Counted from the stretch's first letter, positions 19,479 to 30,644 are shown. The stretch: DNA of 64,000 nucleotides from an uncultured Bacilli bacterium (GCA_934096235.1 CAKOLO010000002.1:301919-365918); one strand, 5' to 3'. The notes: generated by a model from the letters alone, not told the origin. Numbers and translations are program-made.

Positions 19479-19504
19479 TAAAAAAAAGAGTAATAAATTA
19501 CTCT
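19479..19504 (-). terminator. Rho-independent terminator of gyrB-gyrA operon
   Basis: Hairpin agagtaa-taaa-ttactct overlapping the gyrA stop codon, followed on the minus strand by an 8-nt T-run. Confidence 0.6.
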
Positions 19505-21930
19505 TCTTCTATAGGATTCACTTCCTTTTCAATTACTGATATTGAAGCAACTTTATTTTTATCTTTTAAATTAATTAATCTTACGCCTTTTGTTACTCTT
19601 CCCATTTGTGAAATACTATTTATATCCATTCTAATAATTATTCCATCTGATGTGATAATCATTAAGTCCTTATCATTATCTGTGGATTTAAATCCTATAA
19701 CATTTCCATTTTTTTCTGTTATATTAATTGTTTTTACACCTTTACTTCCTCTTTTTGTTTCTCTATACTCTTCTATAGCGGTTTTTTTACCATATCCATT
19801 TTCAGTAACAACAAGTAATAATTTTCCAGGTTCTGATATTTCCATTCCTACACATTTATCATTTGATAAATTAATTCCTCTTACACCTGAAGCTGTTCTT
19901 CCCATGATTCTTATTTCTTCTTCACTAAATCTTGCCATTCTTCCGTTTGAAGAACACATTAGTACTTGATCATTACCTGTTGTTTTCTTTACAGATATTA
20001 ATTCATCATCATCTTTTAGTGTAATTGCTATTTTACCACTTTGTCTTATATTATCAAATTCTGATATTAATGTTCTTTTGACTAATCCTTCTTTTGTACT
20101 AAAAAGCAAACATTTGTACGTTTCATTTTCATTTATTCTAATTATTGTATTAATTTTTTCATCCTTTTCTAATGATAATAAGTTAACAATTGGTAGTCCT
20201 TTTGCAGTTCTTGAATATTCAGGAATTTTATATCCTTTTAATCTATATACTTTTCCTTTATTTGAGAAGAATAATATATAGTCATGAGTATTCATTGATA
20301 GTAATTGTTCTACATAATCTTCTTCAGTAGTTGTCATACCTTTTATTCCAACACCACCTCTATTTTGTACTTTATATGTATCTTTTGGTGTTCTCTTAAT
20401 GTAATTTTTATTGGTAATTGTAACAATTATTTCCTCTTGTGGAATCAATGATTCGTCTTCAATATATTCTATTGCACTATTATCAATTTTAGTTCTTCTT
20501 TCATCACCATATTTAGCTTTAATTTCAAGCATTTCTTGTTTGATTATTGCTAATACTTTTTCTTCACTTGCTAATATTGATTTATATTCCTCTATTAATT
20601 TCAAAATATTTGCTAATTCCTCTTCAATTTTTTCTCTTTCTAAGCCAGTTAATCTTCTTAATTTTAATTCTAGAATTGCATCTGCTTGAATTTCGCTAAA
20701 TCCATATTTTTCAATTAATCTTTCTTTAGCTATTGAGTCACTTTGACTTTCTTTTATTATTTTAATAATATCATCTATATGATCTAAAGCAATTTTATAG
20801 CCTTCTAAAATATGTGCTCTTGCTTCAGCTTTTGCTAAATCAAATTTTGTTCTTCTAATTATTATTTCTTTTTGGTAATCAATGTATTTTGAAATAATAT
20901 CTTTAATTCCTAGTGTTCTTGGTTGACCTTGGTCTAACATTAAGAATATAATTCCAAATGTTGATTGTAATTGTGTATGTTTATATAAGTTGTTCAATAC
21001 TACATTAGCATTTGCTTCTTTTTTTAGTGTTACGACTATTTTTATACCATTTTCAATATTTGTTTCTTCGTGATAATCAGCTATTCCTTCTAATACTTTA
21101 TCTCTAACTAGTTCTGCGATTCTATTTTTTAGATCTAATGTATTAACATTATAAGGTATTTCCGTTATTACTATTCTATTTCTATTATTTGTTTCTTCTA
21201 TTTCTGCTTTACATCTTATTGTAATTGTTCCACGACCTGTCTCATAGGCTTTTTTTATTCCACTACTTCCTAAAATAATGCCACCTGTTGGAAAATCAGG
21301 ACCCTTAATATAATTCATCATTTCCATGGTATCTATTTCAGGATTATCTATATAAGCAACACAACCATCTATCACTTCACCTAGATTATGTGGTGGAATA
21401 TTTGTTGCCATTCCGACTGCAATTCCCATTGTTCCATTTACTAAGATGTTTGGGAATCTACTTGGTAATACTACTGGTTCTTTTTCAGTTTCATCAAAAT
21501 TTGGCGTGAAATCAACTGTATCTTTGTTAATATCTCTTAATAATTCTAAACTTACTTTTGCAAGTCTAGCTTCTGTGTAACGCATTGCTGCTGCACCATC
21601 ACCATCCATGTTACCAAAGTTTCCATGTCCGTCAACTAACATATATCTATAACTGAAGTCTTGAGCCATTCTAACCATTGCTTCATATATTGATGAGTCT
21701 CCATGTGGGTGATATTTTCCCATTACATCTCCAACAATTCTTGCACATTTTCTGTGTTGTTTGTCTGGTGTATATCCTGATTCATACATTGAATAAAGTA
21801 TTCTTCTATGAACTGGTTTTAAGCCATCTCTTAAATCTGGAATTGCTCTTGAGACGATAACACTCATTGAATAATCTAAAAATGAATCTTTTACTTCTTT
21901 TATTATATTATTTTGTTCTATCTTATCCAT
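19498..21930 (-). CDS. gyrA: DNA gyrase subunit A
   Basis: 810 aa; AAMRYTE active-site Tyr region, QRF..G.GNFG, C-terminal beta-pinwheel repeats. Confidence 0.95.
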   Translation of the reverse strand: MDKIEQNNIIKEVKDSFLDYSMSVIVSRAIPDLRDGLKPVHRRILYSMYESGYTPDKQHRKCARIVGDVMGKYHPHGDSSIYEAMVRMAQDFSYRYMLVDGHGNFGNMDGDGAAAMRYTEARLAKVSLELLRDINKDTVDFTPNFDETEKEPVVLPSRFPNILVNGTMGIAVGMATNIPPHNLGEVIDGCVAYIDNPEIDTMEMMNYIKGPDFPTGGIILGSSGIKKAYETGRGTITIRCKAEIEETNNRNRIVITEIPYNVNTLDLKNRIAELVRDKVLEGIADYHEETNIENGIKIVVTLKKEANANVVLNNLYKHTQLQSTFGIIFLMLDQGQPRTLGIKDIISKYIDYQKEIIIRRTKFDLAKAEARAHILEGYKIALDHIDDIIKIIKESQSDSIAKERLIEKYGFSEIQADAILELKLRRLTGLEREKIEEELANILKLIEEYKSILASEEKVLAIIKQEMLEIKAKYGDERRTKIDNSAIEYIEDESLIPQEEIIVTITNKNYIKRTPKDTYKVQNRGGVGIKGMTTTEEDYVEQLLSMNTHDYILFFSNKGKVYRLKGYKIPEYSRTAKGLPIVNLLSLEKDEKINTIIRINENETYKCLLFSTKEGLVKRTLISEFDNIRQSGKIAITLKDDDELISVKKTTGNDQVLMCSSNGRMARFSEEEIRIMGRTASGVRGINLSNDKCVGMEISEPGKLLLVVTENGYGKKTAIEEYRETKRGSKGVKTINITEKNGNVIGFKSTDNDKDLMIITSDGIIIRMDINSISQMGRVTKGVRLINLKDKNKVASISVIEKEVNPIEEE

Positions 21931-21939
21931 TTTAACCTC

Positions 21940-23850
21940 CTATATATCTAAATTGCTAACATATATAGCATTTTCTTCTATGAATTTTCTTCTTGGTTCT
22001 ACATCTTCACCCATTAATGTTGTAAATATTTCATCTGCTCCCATTGCATCGTCAACAGTTATTTTTCTAAGGATTCTAAATTCCTTTGACATTGTTGTAT
22101 CTCTTAATTCGTCAGCGTCCATTTCACCCAAACCTTTCATACGGGTAATTGTGTATTTTGCATTTTCTGGAAGTGTCTTTAAATATTCATCTCTTTCATT
22201 TTCATCTAAAACATATTTAATATTTTTTCCATACACTATCTTGAATAAAGGGGGCTGAGCCGCATATACATGTCCATTTTCTACTACAGGTTTGAAGAAT
22301 CTATAAAATAATGTTAATAGAAGAATTCTTATGTGTGACCCGTCAACATCGGCATCGGTCATTATTATAATTTTGTCATATCTAAGTTTTGATAAATCGA
22401 ATTCTTCTCCAATTCCTGTACCAAATGCTGTTACTATAGTTCTAATTTCTTCATTGCTTAATGCTCTATCAAGTCTTGCTTTTTCTACATTTAATATTTT
22501 TCCTCTTAATGGAAGAATAGCTTGTGTCATATAATCTCTACCTTTTTTAGCAGAACCACCGGCTGAATCTCCCTCGACTAGGAATATTTCTGATTCACTT
22601 GGGTCTTTACTTTTACAATCTGTTAGTTTTCCATAGAAATTTGTTATTTCTAGGTCACCTTTTCTTCTTGTTAATTCTCTTGCCTTCTTAGCAGCAACTC
22701 TAGCTCTTGATGCAAGTAATACTTTTTCCATTATTGCTTTAGCTTGATCAGGATTTTCTAGCAAGAATTTTTCAAATCCTGCTCCAAAAACATTGCTTGC
22801 AATTTTTCTCACTTCTACATTTCCAAGTTTTGTCTTTGTTTGACCTTCAAATTGTGGATTTGGATGTTTACAAGATATAACCATTGTTATTCCTTCTTTG
22901 ACATCATCTTGTGTTAATGAATCATCTTTATCTTTTAAAAATCCATTACTTCTCGCATAATTATTTATAACTCTTGATAATGCAAGTCTTACACCATCTT
23001 CATGTGTTCCACCTTCAACTGTATTAATGTTGTTAGTGAATGAGTAAACATTGCTTGTATATCCATCATTATATTGCATTGCTACTTCTATACTTATATC
23101 ATCTTCTGAACCTGATACATCAACAATATCATCATGTATTACTTTTTTATTTGCATTTAGTAGTTTTACGTATTCAACAAGTCCTCCGTTATATAGAAAT
23201 TCATCTTTTTGACCGCTTCTTAAATCACTAAGAATTATTCTAAGTCCCTTGTTTAGGAATGCAAGTTCTCTTGATCTTGTTTTAAGTGTCTCGTAGTCAA
23301 ATGTTGTTGTTTCTTCGAATATTGTTGGATCTGGTTTAAATGTAACAGTTGTTCCTGTTCTATTTTCATCACAATCTCCTATTACTTCTAAACTCTTTAC
23401 TGGATGACCACCATTTTCAAATCTTTGATGATAAATTTTTCCATCTCTATATACTTTAACTTCTAACCAGCTTGATAATGCATTAACAACCGATGCACCA
23501 ACACCATGTAGACCACCAGATACTTTATAACCTTTTCCACCAAATTTACCACCAGCATGTAATACTGTAAATATTGTTTCTACAGTAGAAATTCCTGTTT
23601 TTGGATGTATTCCTGTAGGCATTCCTCTACCGTCATCTTTAACTGTAACACTATTATCTTCGTTTACTATAATTTCAATATCATCACAATATCCCGCTAA
23701 AGATTCGTCCACAGAGTTATCCACAATTTCCCAAACTAGGTGATGTAATCCTCTTACACCTGTTGTTCCAATGTACATACCAGGTCTTTTTCTTACCGCT
23801 TCTAAGCCCTCTAATACTTGAATATCATTTACACCATATTCTTCTTTCAT
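21940..23850 (-). CDS. gyrB: DNA gyrase subunit B
   Basis: 636 aa; GHKL ATPase ([16 protein letters not shown]), Toprim [20 protein letters not shown]. Confidence 0.95.
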   Translation of the reverse strand: MKEEYGVNDIQVLEGLEAVRKRPGMYIGTTGVRGLHHLVWEIVDNSVDESLAGYCDDIEIIVNEDNSVTVKDDGRGMPTGIHPKTGISTVETIFTVLHAGGKFGGKGYKVSGGLHGVGASVVNALSSWLEVKVYRDGKIYHQRFENGGHPVKSLEVIGDCDENRTGTTVTFKPDPTIFEETTTFDYETLKTRSRELAFLNKGLRIILSDLRSGQKDEFLYNGGLVEYVKLLNANKKVIHDDIVDVSGSEDDISIEVAMQYNDGYTSNVYSFTNNINTVEGGTHEDGVRLALSRVINNYARSNGFLKDKDDSLTQDDVKEGITMVISCKHPNPQFEGQTKTKLGNVEVRKIASNVFGAGFEKFLLENPDQAKAIMEKVLLASRARVAAKKARELTRRKGDLEITNFYGKLTDCKSKDPSESEIFLVEGDSAGGSAKKGRDYMTQAILPLRGKILNVEKARLDRALSNEEIRTIVTAFGTGIGEEFDLSKLRYDKIIIMTDADVDGSHIRILLLTLFYRFFKPVVENGHVYAAQPPLFKIVYGKNIKYVLDENERDEYLKTLPENAKYTITRMKGLGEMDADELRDTTMSKEFRILRKITVDDAMGADEIFTTLMGEDVEPRRKFIEENAIYVSNLDI

Positions 23851-24932
23851 TTACTCACTCCCTCATCTAAATCAAATATTTTTGCTTTTTCTACTATTCT
23901 TTTATTAATATTCTTCAAATCAGTTGTTGTAATGAATACTTGAATGTTTTTATCTAATGATTTAAAGATATTATTTCTATTTTTTTCATCCAGTTCACTG
24001 AACAAATCATCAAGTAGTAATATAGGTTTTATATCATATTTTTCAATAAATATTTTGACTTCTGCTAACTTCATTGCTAGAATTATTAACTTTTGTATAC
24101 CTTGCGAACTAAATTCTTTAGCATCATTTCCATTTTGACAAAATTTATAATCGTCTCTATGAACTCCATATGAAGTCATTCCTATATTAATTTCCTTATT
24201 TCTATTTTTTTTCAGTTCTTTTAGCAATTTTTCTTTGTTATTTTCTTTATAATCTGATACATACTCAATACTTATTTTTTGACTTTTTATGTAGTTTTTA
24301 AATATTTCATTGATATATGAATTGATTAAATCAATATATTTTTTTCTATAGTTATAGATTTTTATGCCTTCATCCACTATTTTTTCATCTAATATATCTA
24401 AATATCTGGAATCTAAATTATTATTTAACATTAGTTTCTTTAAAAATTCATTTTTGTTCTTAATTAATGTATTGTAATTATTTAAATAATAAATATATTC
24501 TTTGTGTAGTTGAGATATTTGTATATTTAGATAATTTCTTCTAGTGTTTGGTGATGATTTAATTAGTTTTAATTCATCTGGAGAAAGCATTATTATCCTA
24601 TATTGAGATATAAAATCGCTAAGTTTTCTTTGAATCTTTGTGTTTATTTTTGTCTTTTTACCATTCTTATCAAGATATAATTCGAGATTCTTTTTAGGAC
24701 CGTAATCAAAATAGAAAACTTTTATTTTAAAAAAATCTTCTCCTTCTTTAATAATCGACATTTCATTACTTGTTTTAAAAGATTTTGCTAAACTACCTAA
24801 ATAGATAGATTCAATTATTGTTGTTTTACCAATTCCATTTTTACCAATTATGATGTTTAAATTTGAAAAATTATCAAAATTTTTTTTCTTGTAATTTCTA
24901 AAATTTAGTAGTTCTATTCTTGTAATATTCAT
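23847..24932 (-). CDS. recF: DNA replication/repair protein RecF
   Basis: Walker [13 protein letters not shown] signature region, D-loop LLLDD. Confidence 0.9.
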   Translation of the reverse strand: MNITRIELLNFRNYKKKNFDNFSNLNIIIGKNGIGKTTIIESIYLGSLAKSFKTSNEMSIIKEGEDFFKIKVFYFDYGPKKNLELYLDKNGKKTKINTKIQRKLSDFISQYRIIMLSPDELKLIKSSPNTRRNYLNIQISQLHKEYIYYLNNYNTLIKNKNEFLKKLMLNNNLDSRYLDILDEKIVDEGIKIYNYRKKYIDLINSYINEIFKNYIKSQKISIEYVSDYKENNKEKLLKELKKNRNKEINIGMTSYGVHRDDYKFCQNGNDAKEFSSQGIQKLIILAMKLAEVKIFIEKYDIKPILLLDDLFSELDEKNRNNIFKSLDKNIQVFITTTDLKNINKRIVEKAKIFDLDEGVSK

Positions 24933-25020
24933 TTTTAAACCTCATTAACCCCTTTTTTTTGATTTTTCTATCATTTAGGTACACCTACACAACAATTAAA
25001 TTATACCATAAATTAGTACA

Positions 25021-25060
25021 TAAAAAAAGATAATTTTAATTTTAATTATCTTTTTTTGCT
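25021..25060. terminator. bidirectional hairpin terminator between comK-like and recF
   Basis: aaagataatt-ttaatttt-aattatcttt, a 10-bp stem flanked by an A-run and a T-run. Confidence 0.5.
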
Positions 25061-25497
25061 GTTCTTTCATCTAAAACAAATTTTAATCTTGTGGCTCTAA
25101 GAATTTGATTGGATAATGAGCCATATGATAAATCAAATTCCAAGATATCACCGTTCTTAAATAGAATTGCTGACCTATTATTTTCCAATTTGTAGTATTT
25201 TTCAATTTTTTCCAAATTAATCCATATGCAATCTTCTCTTTCTGGTGATGTTGTAGGAAAAAAAATCATTTTTCTACTTTCTTCTACTATTATTGGTGAT
25301 TTGTGAGTTATTCCGAGCATCTTACGAGTTCCATCTTTTCTTCCTTCAAATGAACTGCCAAAATATTCACAACTGTGTTCTAAAATTTCTTGAACTGAGT
25401 TATTAACTATGTATTCACTATCATGTTCTATTACTTTTGATTTGAACTCATCAATTGGAAGAACTAATTGTGTATCATAGTTTATTTCATAATTCAT
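25042..25497 (-). CDS. ComK-family competence transcription factor-like protein
   Basis: 151 aa; the blocks SCEYFGSSFEGRKDGTRKMLGITHKSPIIV and MIFFPTTSPEREDCIWI and FDLSYGSLSNQILRATRLK align with the conserved ComK core of B. subtilis ComK as I recall it (SCRFFGSSYAGRKAGT..ISHKPPIMV / IFLFPTLSSTRPQCGWI / ISYNSFENQVYRTAWLR). Good RBS AAAGGGGG. Confidence 0.7.
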   Translation of the reverse strand: MNYEINYDTQLVLPIDEFKSKVIEHDSEYIVNNSVQEILEHSCEYFGSSFEGRKDGTRKMLGITHKSPIIVEESRKMIFFPTTSPEREDCIWINLEKIEKYYKLENNRSAILFKNGDILEFDLSYGSLSNQILRATRLKFVLDERTAKKDN

Positions 25498-25546
25498 ATT
25501 TTTCCCCCTTTCTAAATATTGCTTACTATGTTAGCACATCACCTTT

Positions 25547-25573
25547 GTCGAAATTTGTCGAATTTTGTCGAAA
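25547..25573. promoter_or_regulatory. three tandem Spo0A boxes (TGTCGAA x3, 10-bp phasing) in the comK-like promoter region
   Basis: cTTTGTCGAAaTTTGTCGAAtTTTGTCGAAaa; exact 0A-box heptamers at 25547, 25557 and 25567. Confidence 0.55.
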
Positions 25574-25612
25574 AATGTAAAAAAAATAAAAAAAAACGAA
25601 TAATTTCGCTTT

Positions 25613-26731
25613 TTAGTAAGTTTTCATTGGTAAAATCAACTCAATTAATTCGTCATTTTCTGCTTCTTTTAAAATTATAGGACTTATTTCACCATTTAAT
25701 AAGATAAATATTTCTTCTTTATTAAATACTTTTAATGCTTCCATCATATATTTAACACTGAATGAAATTTTAATATCATTCTCTGTTTCATTTACAATTG
25801 TTATTTTATCTTTTCCTTTTCCTTCAGTACTTGCTGCTCTAATTATTAACTCTGTTCCTGAAACTTCCATATCTACTATATTTTTATCTTTAGATTGAGT
25901 TAATGATGATGCTGTATCAAGTAAACTGTATAAATCCTTTAAATTAGCTTTGATTTTATGTTTAAATTCTTTAGGAATTGAATTATCAGTGTTTGGATAA
26001 GTTCCATTTAATAATGAAGTTTGGAATATAATATTATTAAATTTAAATAGAGCTTTATTTGGAAATACATGAATTTCTAATTCAGATTCTTTATCGATTG
26101 TTTTAACTAATTCATTGATATTTCTTGCTGGTATTACCATATTAACATTTTCTGAATACATTTCATCCAACTTTATAGTTACTTTTGAAAGTCTATATGA
26201 ATCTGTGGCTACACATTCAAAGATATCTCCTAGTAATTTAATGTTAACACCTGTTAATAATGGTCTGCTCTCTTGAAGTGAACATGCAAAAGATGTTTTA
26301 TTAATTATTTCTTTGAATTTTTGACTATCTAATTTAATTGGATTTTTAACTTCTTCTAATTTAATATTAGGAAAGTCTTCTTGATTAAAGCATGGGAAGT
26401 CATATATTCCTCCACTTTCTGTTTTAAATGATACTTCATTATTTTCAAAGTTTTCTACTAAAATATTTGTGTTTTGTAGTTTGCTTACAGTACTTAATAA
26501 AGTTTTTCCATATATAATAGTACATCCAACTTCGTCAATACTTTTAATTTCTTTTTTATCAATAAATGTTTGTATTGTAATATCATTGTCAGTTGCTGTT
26601 AAATAAAGCCCTTCTTTTGTTAGTTCAAACTTGATACCATTAAGTACAGGAATTATATTTCTTGTAGATAATGCTTTACTTACACAATTTAATCCTTCCA
26701 TTAAAATATTTTTTTCTATTAACATTTTCAT
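25613..26731 (-). CDS. dnaN: DNA polymerase III beta sliding clamp
   Basis: 372 aa; three-domain clamp; directly downstream of dnaA. Confidence 0.9.
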   Translation of the reverse strand: MKMLIEKNILMEGLNCVSKALSTRNIIPVLNGIKFELTKEGLYLTATDNDITIQTFIDKKEIKSIDEVGCTIIYGKTLLSTVSKLQNTNILVENFENNEVSFKTESGGIYDFPCFNQEDFPNIKLEEVKNPIKLDSQKFKEIINKTSFACSLQESRPLLTGVNIKLLGDIFECVATDSYRLSKVTIKLDEMYSENVNMVIPARNINELVKTIDKESELEIHVFPNKALFKFNNIIFQTSLLNGTYPNTDNSIPKEFKHKIKANLKDLYSLLDTASSLTQSKDKNIVDMEVSGTELIIRAASTEGKGKDKITIVNETENDIKISFSVKYMMEALKVFNKEEIFILLNGEISPIILKEAENDELIELILPMKTY

Positions 26732-26876
26732 AATAATTTTTTCCTCCTTTTTCTTATTATATATATTATTTATTACTATTATAGAGTGTTAATAATGTTG
26801 ATAACTCATTTAATACTAGGTTTTATCTACGTATTATGTAAACTTATAATTGTTAAGATGTTTATAACTTGTGTGT

Positions 26877-28286
26877 TTATTCACAAATTTTTTCTTTTAG
26901 TATCTTAATTTCTTCTTGAAGTTTTGTATTTGTTTTTAGTTCATTTGAAATTTTTTCGTGTGAGTATATAACTGTTGAATGATCTCTACCTCCAAATTCT
27001 AAGCCTATTCTTTGTAAACTTTCTTCTGTCATTATTCTACTTAAATACATTGCTATCGCTCGAGCATCTGTAACATTTTTCTTTTTCATTTTTCCTTTTA
27101 GCATCGATGCCTCTAAATTGAAGTATTTGGCAACTATATCTATGATTTTAGCTACAGAATTTGTTCTATATACTGTCTTTGGTACAAATTCTTGTAGTGC
27201 ATCTTGTGCTATTTCTAGTGTTACTTCAGGAATATTAAATGCTGCTTTATATGCAACAATTCTTATAACAGCACCTTCTAAGTTTCTTATATCACTTCCA
27301 CAGTTACTTGCTATATAGTTAATAACATCTTCATTTATATCTAAATCATAGTCATTAATCATTATTTTATTCTTAATTATATTCTTTTTAAGCTCTAGTT
27401 CTGGTGGATTAATTGATTCTGTTAATCCCCATCTAAACCTTGTTTTAAGCCTATCTTCTAGGTATTTATAGTCATTTATTGATGTATCAGAAGCAATTAT
27501 TATTTGTTTTTCATTATCATATAATGTATTAAATGTGTTAGTAAATTCTATTTGTGATTTTGTTGCGTTTTCTAGAAATTGTATATCATCAATCATCAAT
27601 ACATCAACATTTCTATATTTTTCTCTAAAAGCTTCTAAATAACTAACATTGTTATCATATTTATTTTTAGCATTTATTATGGCTCTATAGTCATTTGTAA
27701 ATTGTTCTGCAGTAATGTAGAGAACTCTTTTGTCTGAGTGATTTACTATATAATTTCCTATTGCATGCATTAAATGTGTTTTACCTAATCCACTTTTTGC
27801 ATATATAAAATAAGGATTATATAATTTTCCTGGATTTTGTGCTACTGCTAATGCTGTTCCATATGCTAATTTATTGGAATCGCCAACGACAAATGTATCA
27901 AAAGTATATTTTGGGTTAAAATTGCTTATATATTTATAATTTGTTAAATCATTTGCTGTTGATTCTTCTATTTCTTCTTCAATTTCTTTTTTACTTTGTT
28001 TTTTCGGTTTTTCAGCCATTTTTTCAAGTTTTTTTATATCTTTTTCAAACATGTAAGATATTTCACATGTATCACTTGTTATATCGTTTAATATATCTTC
28101 TATTATTGAACTATAATTTTTAGTTATATTTTGTAATAAAAGCTCATTTGTAGGTACTATTATTATTATTTTACTATCTTCATAAGAATAAAGTTTTAGA
28201 TCCTTAAATATGTAGTTATAGGACATTAATGATACTTTATTTTTGATTTTCTCTAGAAATTTTTTCCAAATATCTTCAATATCCAT
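26877..28286 (-). CDS. dnaA: chromosomal replication initiator DnaA
   Basis: 469 aa; Walker A GKSGLGKTHL, sensor/box VII, C-terminal DNA-binding HTH (DHSTV). Confidence 0.95.
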   Translation of the reverse strand: MDIEDIWKKFLEKIKNKVSLMSYNYIFKDLKLYSYEDSKIIIIVPTNELLLQNITKNYSSIIEDILNDITSDTCEISYMFEKDIKKLEKMAEKPKKQSKKEIEEEIEESTANDLTNYKYISNFNPKYTFDTFVVGDSNKLAYGTALAVAQNPGKLYNPYFIYAKSGLGKTHLMHAIGNYIVNHSDKRVLYITAEQFTNDYRAIINAKNKYDNNVSYLEAFREKYRNVDVLMIDDIQFLENATKSQIEFTNTFNTLYDNEKQIIIASDTSINDYKYLEDRLKTRFRWGLTESINPPELELKKNIIKNKIMINDYDLDINEDVINYIASNCGSDIRNLEGAVIRIVAYKAAFNIPEVTLEIAQDALQEFVPKTVYRTNSVAKIIDIVAKYFNLEASMLKGKMKKKNVTDARAIAMYLSRIMTEESLQRIGLEFGGRDHSTVIYSHEKISNELKTNTKLQEEIKILKEKICE

Positions 28287-28438
28287 AACATATTCTCCTT
28301 TCTAATGTTGCTTTCTAACTAAAATTATAGTTCAACTTTTTTTAAAGTCAAATATAAAATTTATTTAACATTTATATTAACAACTTATTCACGATTTGTA
28401 AACAACTTTTTTTCTTTTATTTACTACTTTAATTTTAG

Positions 28439-28548
28439 TTATCCACAATATCAACAAATTTACAATTTAATTATTTTTTTAATTGTGGATAACTTGTTGA
28501 TAAGTTAACATAATATTGTGGATATAGTGTTGATAAGTTAACATAATA
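28439..28548. promoter_or_regulatory. oriC DnaA-box cluster
   Basis: Perfect DnaA boxes TTATCCACA (28439-28447) and TGTGGATAA (28484-28492); one-mismatch boxes at 28448, 28495, 28517 and 28528; a 20-bp direct repeat GTTGATAAGTTAACATAATA x2. A further one-mismatch box TGTTGATAA at 26796-26804 lies between dnaA and dnaN. Confidence 0.75.
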
Positions 28549-28612
28549 AATTTGAAAAATAAGTTTACATAATATTAAAAATAGTTTAAAATATATATGG
28601 AGATATGGGAAA

Positions 28613-30076
28613 ATGAATAAGAAAGAATTGTTAGAAAATTATTTAAAAAAATTATACAAAATATATATTGAAAAAGACTTTAATGAGTTTGTTAATACGA
28701 TACTAAGTTATAACATAAGGATTGGAGATTATAAGAAAGATATTTCATCAATTTCTAAAAAAATTTTTGACGAAATATTGGTTTTACTTCCTGAAAGTAA
28801 GGCGAAATTCTCATATAAAGAATTTACCAATTTTTATAAGATAAATATAATATATAAAGAATATAACGATCCAACGCCTAAAGTCATAATAGATGTTCCG
28901 GTGTTTATAGAAAACTATGAAAAAATAACAAATAATTTAATAAAATTTTTAATAGAAAATAAAATTAATTCTTATATTAAACTACAAAAAGTATCTCAAA
29001 ATGCTTTACTTGAAATTCGCGTTGATAATGAAGCAGAAGCTAAAAAGATAGTTAATCACTTTAAAACAAATAAAGAAATAGTTCAAGAAATAAAATCTAG
29101 GGTAGTTCCATTTTTACCTGAAGATAATCTACTAGGTTTTTCATATGAATATAAACCATATAATTTTAAAAATTTTTATTATGTTTGTTTATATGAATAT
29201 TTTTCAACACTTAAATCTATCGATAATTTAACTTTGGATGGTTTAGTTGCTTACATAGATAATAAATATAAAGTTGAAAGAAGACTAAATAAAAAGAGAA
29301 TGCTATTATCAATTTATAATAGTATTAGGGTTATAAATGAAGAAGATGATATTTATTCTATGTTTAGATATAATTCTGATATGAATATTGGCAGTATAAA
29401 TCCTAATGAGTTTGATTTAAAACTTGATGAAAATAAGATGATATTTTTTGTTAATAAATTGGATGAAAGAATAATTTCATATGGAAGTGAAGAATATTTG
29501 AATTTAGTTTATTCAAAATTTTATGATAATTTTATTAAAAGAGAAGAGAGTTCTACATATTATGGCTATTTTTATAATATTTTTAGTAAAATTTTATCAG
29601 ATGATTACAAAGATATTGATAAATTATTAGATTTTTCTAATATGCAAAAAGATTATATTTATACTTTAATGATGTTAATATCTAGTTTGTTCTTTGCATA
29701 TAAAAAAATGAATTTTTCATTAAATGATGTTTATTCTATATTAAAATATGTGCTATTTAAAAAATATAAACTAGAAATCAAAATAAAATCTTCAGAAGAA
29801 TATGAAGAAAAGAAAAATATATATATTTTTCCATTAAATATTGAATATGGAAATAAAGTCGTTGATTTAAAAGATAAATCTAAAATAACAGTTAAGGAAT
29901 ATTTTAGGCAAAATAAAATTGAGGATACCATTCCTTTAAATTCTCTTGTATATATGAAAGATGGAAAAATATTAAAGGGAGAAGATTTTTTAAGAGATTT
30001 ATATAAATATATTGGTTTATATGATTCATTTGAAGAATTGAGAAATTCACTAATAAGTTTAATAGAATTTAAATAA
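28613..30076 (+). CDS. hypothetical cytoplasmic protein (487 aa, K/Y/N-rich, no recognisable domain)
   Basis: Long uninterrupted ORF with an RBS-like GGAGATATGGG upstream; no TM segment or known motif. Confidence 0.5.
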   Translation: MNKKELLENYLKKLYKIYIEKDFNEFVNTILSYNIRIGDYKKDISSISKKIFDEILVLLPESKAKFSYKEFTNFYKINIIYKEYNDPTPKVIIDVPVFIENYEKITNNLIKFLIENKINSYIKLQKVSQNALLEIRVDNEAEAKKIVNHFKTNKEIVQEIKSRVVPFLPEDNLLGFSYEYKPYNFKNFYYVCLYEYFSTLKSIDNLTLDGLVAYIDNKYKVERRLNKKRMLLSIYNSIRVINEEDDIYSMFRYNSDMNIGSINPNEFDLKLDENKMIFFVNKLDERIISYGSEEYLNLVYSKFYDNFIKREESSTYYGYFYNIFSKILSDDYKDIDKLLDFSNMQKDYIYTLMMLISSLFFAYKKMNFSLNDVYSILKYVLFKKYKLEIKIKSSEEYEEKKNIYIFPLNIEYGNKVVDLKDKSKITVKEYFRQNKIEDTIPLNSLVYMKDGKILKGEDFLRDLYKYIGLYDSFEELRNSLISLIEFK

Positions 30077-30145
30077 ATAATTGACAATTTTAACTTGTTA
30101 GTATATAATCTAACTCAGTCGAGAGAAGAAATGGAGGTAAAATCA

Positions 30146-30268
30146 ATGAAAAGAACATTTCAACCTAATAATAGAAAGAAAGCAAAAACTTCAGGATTTT
30201 TAGCAAGAAAAGGTACTAATGTATTAAAATCTAGAAGAGCAAAAGGAAGAAAAGAATTATCAAAATAA
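30146..30268 (+). CDS. rpmH: 50S ribosomal protein L34
   Basis: Manual translation gives [40 protein letters not shown]; RBS GGAGGT; too short for the ORF track. Confidence 0.85.
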   Translation: MKRTFQPNNRKKAKTSGFLARKGTNVLKSRRAKGRKELSK

Positions 30269-30323
30269 ATAAATTACTTTAAAATAAGTAATTTTTTTTA
30301 TATAATATTTTTTAGAGGCAGAT

Positions 30324-30644
30324 ATGAATAAAAAATTTATAGTAAGAAAAAATGAAGAAATTCAAAAAATAATAAAAAAATCTGACAAAAAATATAATAA
30401 ATTTTTTGTGATTTATTTTGCCAAAAATTCCTTAGGTTATAATAGATTTTGTATAAGTGTTGGTAAAAAGATTGGAAAAGCTCATACTAGAAACTTATAT
30501 AAAAGAAGAATTAAAGATATATTGATGAAAAATATTATTAATTCTTCAAATGATTATGTTATAATATTAAGGACTAGCATTTTAGGTAGTTCATATCAAG
30601 AAATAAGTGATGAATTACTTAGATTATTGAGAGGAGAAAAATAA
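30324..30644 (+). CDS. rnpA: RNase P protein component
   Basis: 106 aa basic protein directly after rpmH; RNR motif region KAHTRNLYKRRIK. Confidence 0.85.
   Translation: MNKKFIVRKNEEIQKIIKKSDKKYNKFFVIYFAKNSLGYNRFCISVGKKIGKAHTRNLYKRRIKDILMKNIINSSNDYVIILRTSILGSSYQEISDELLRLLRGEK

Noticed and set aside
18700-19480. CRISPR array interpretation of the five 16-bp repeats
   Set aside because: The repeats are perfect palindromes of only 16 bp with irregular spacers of 286, 180, 222 and 61 bp and no cas genes nearby. This is inconsistent with CRISPR, and the motif matches the parS consensus instead.
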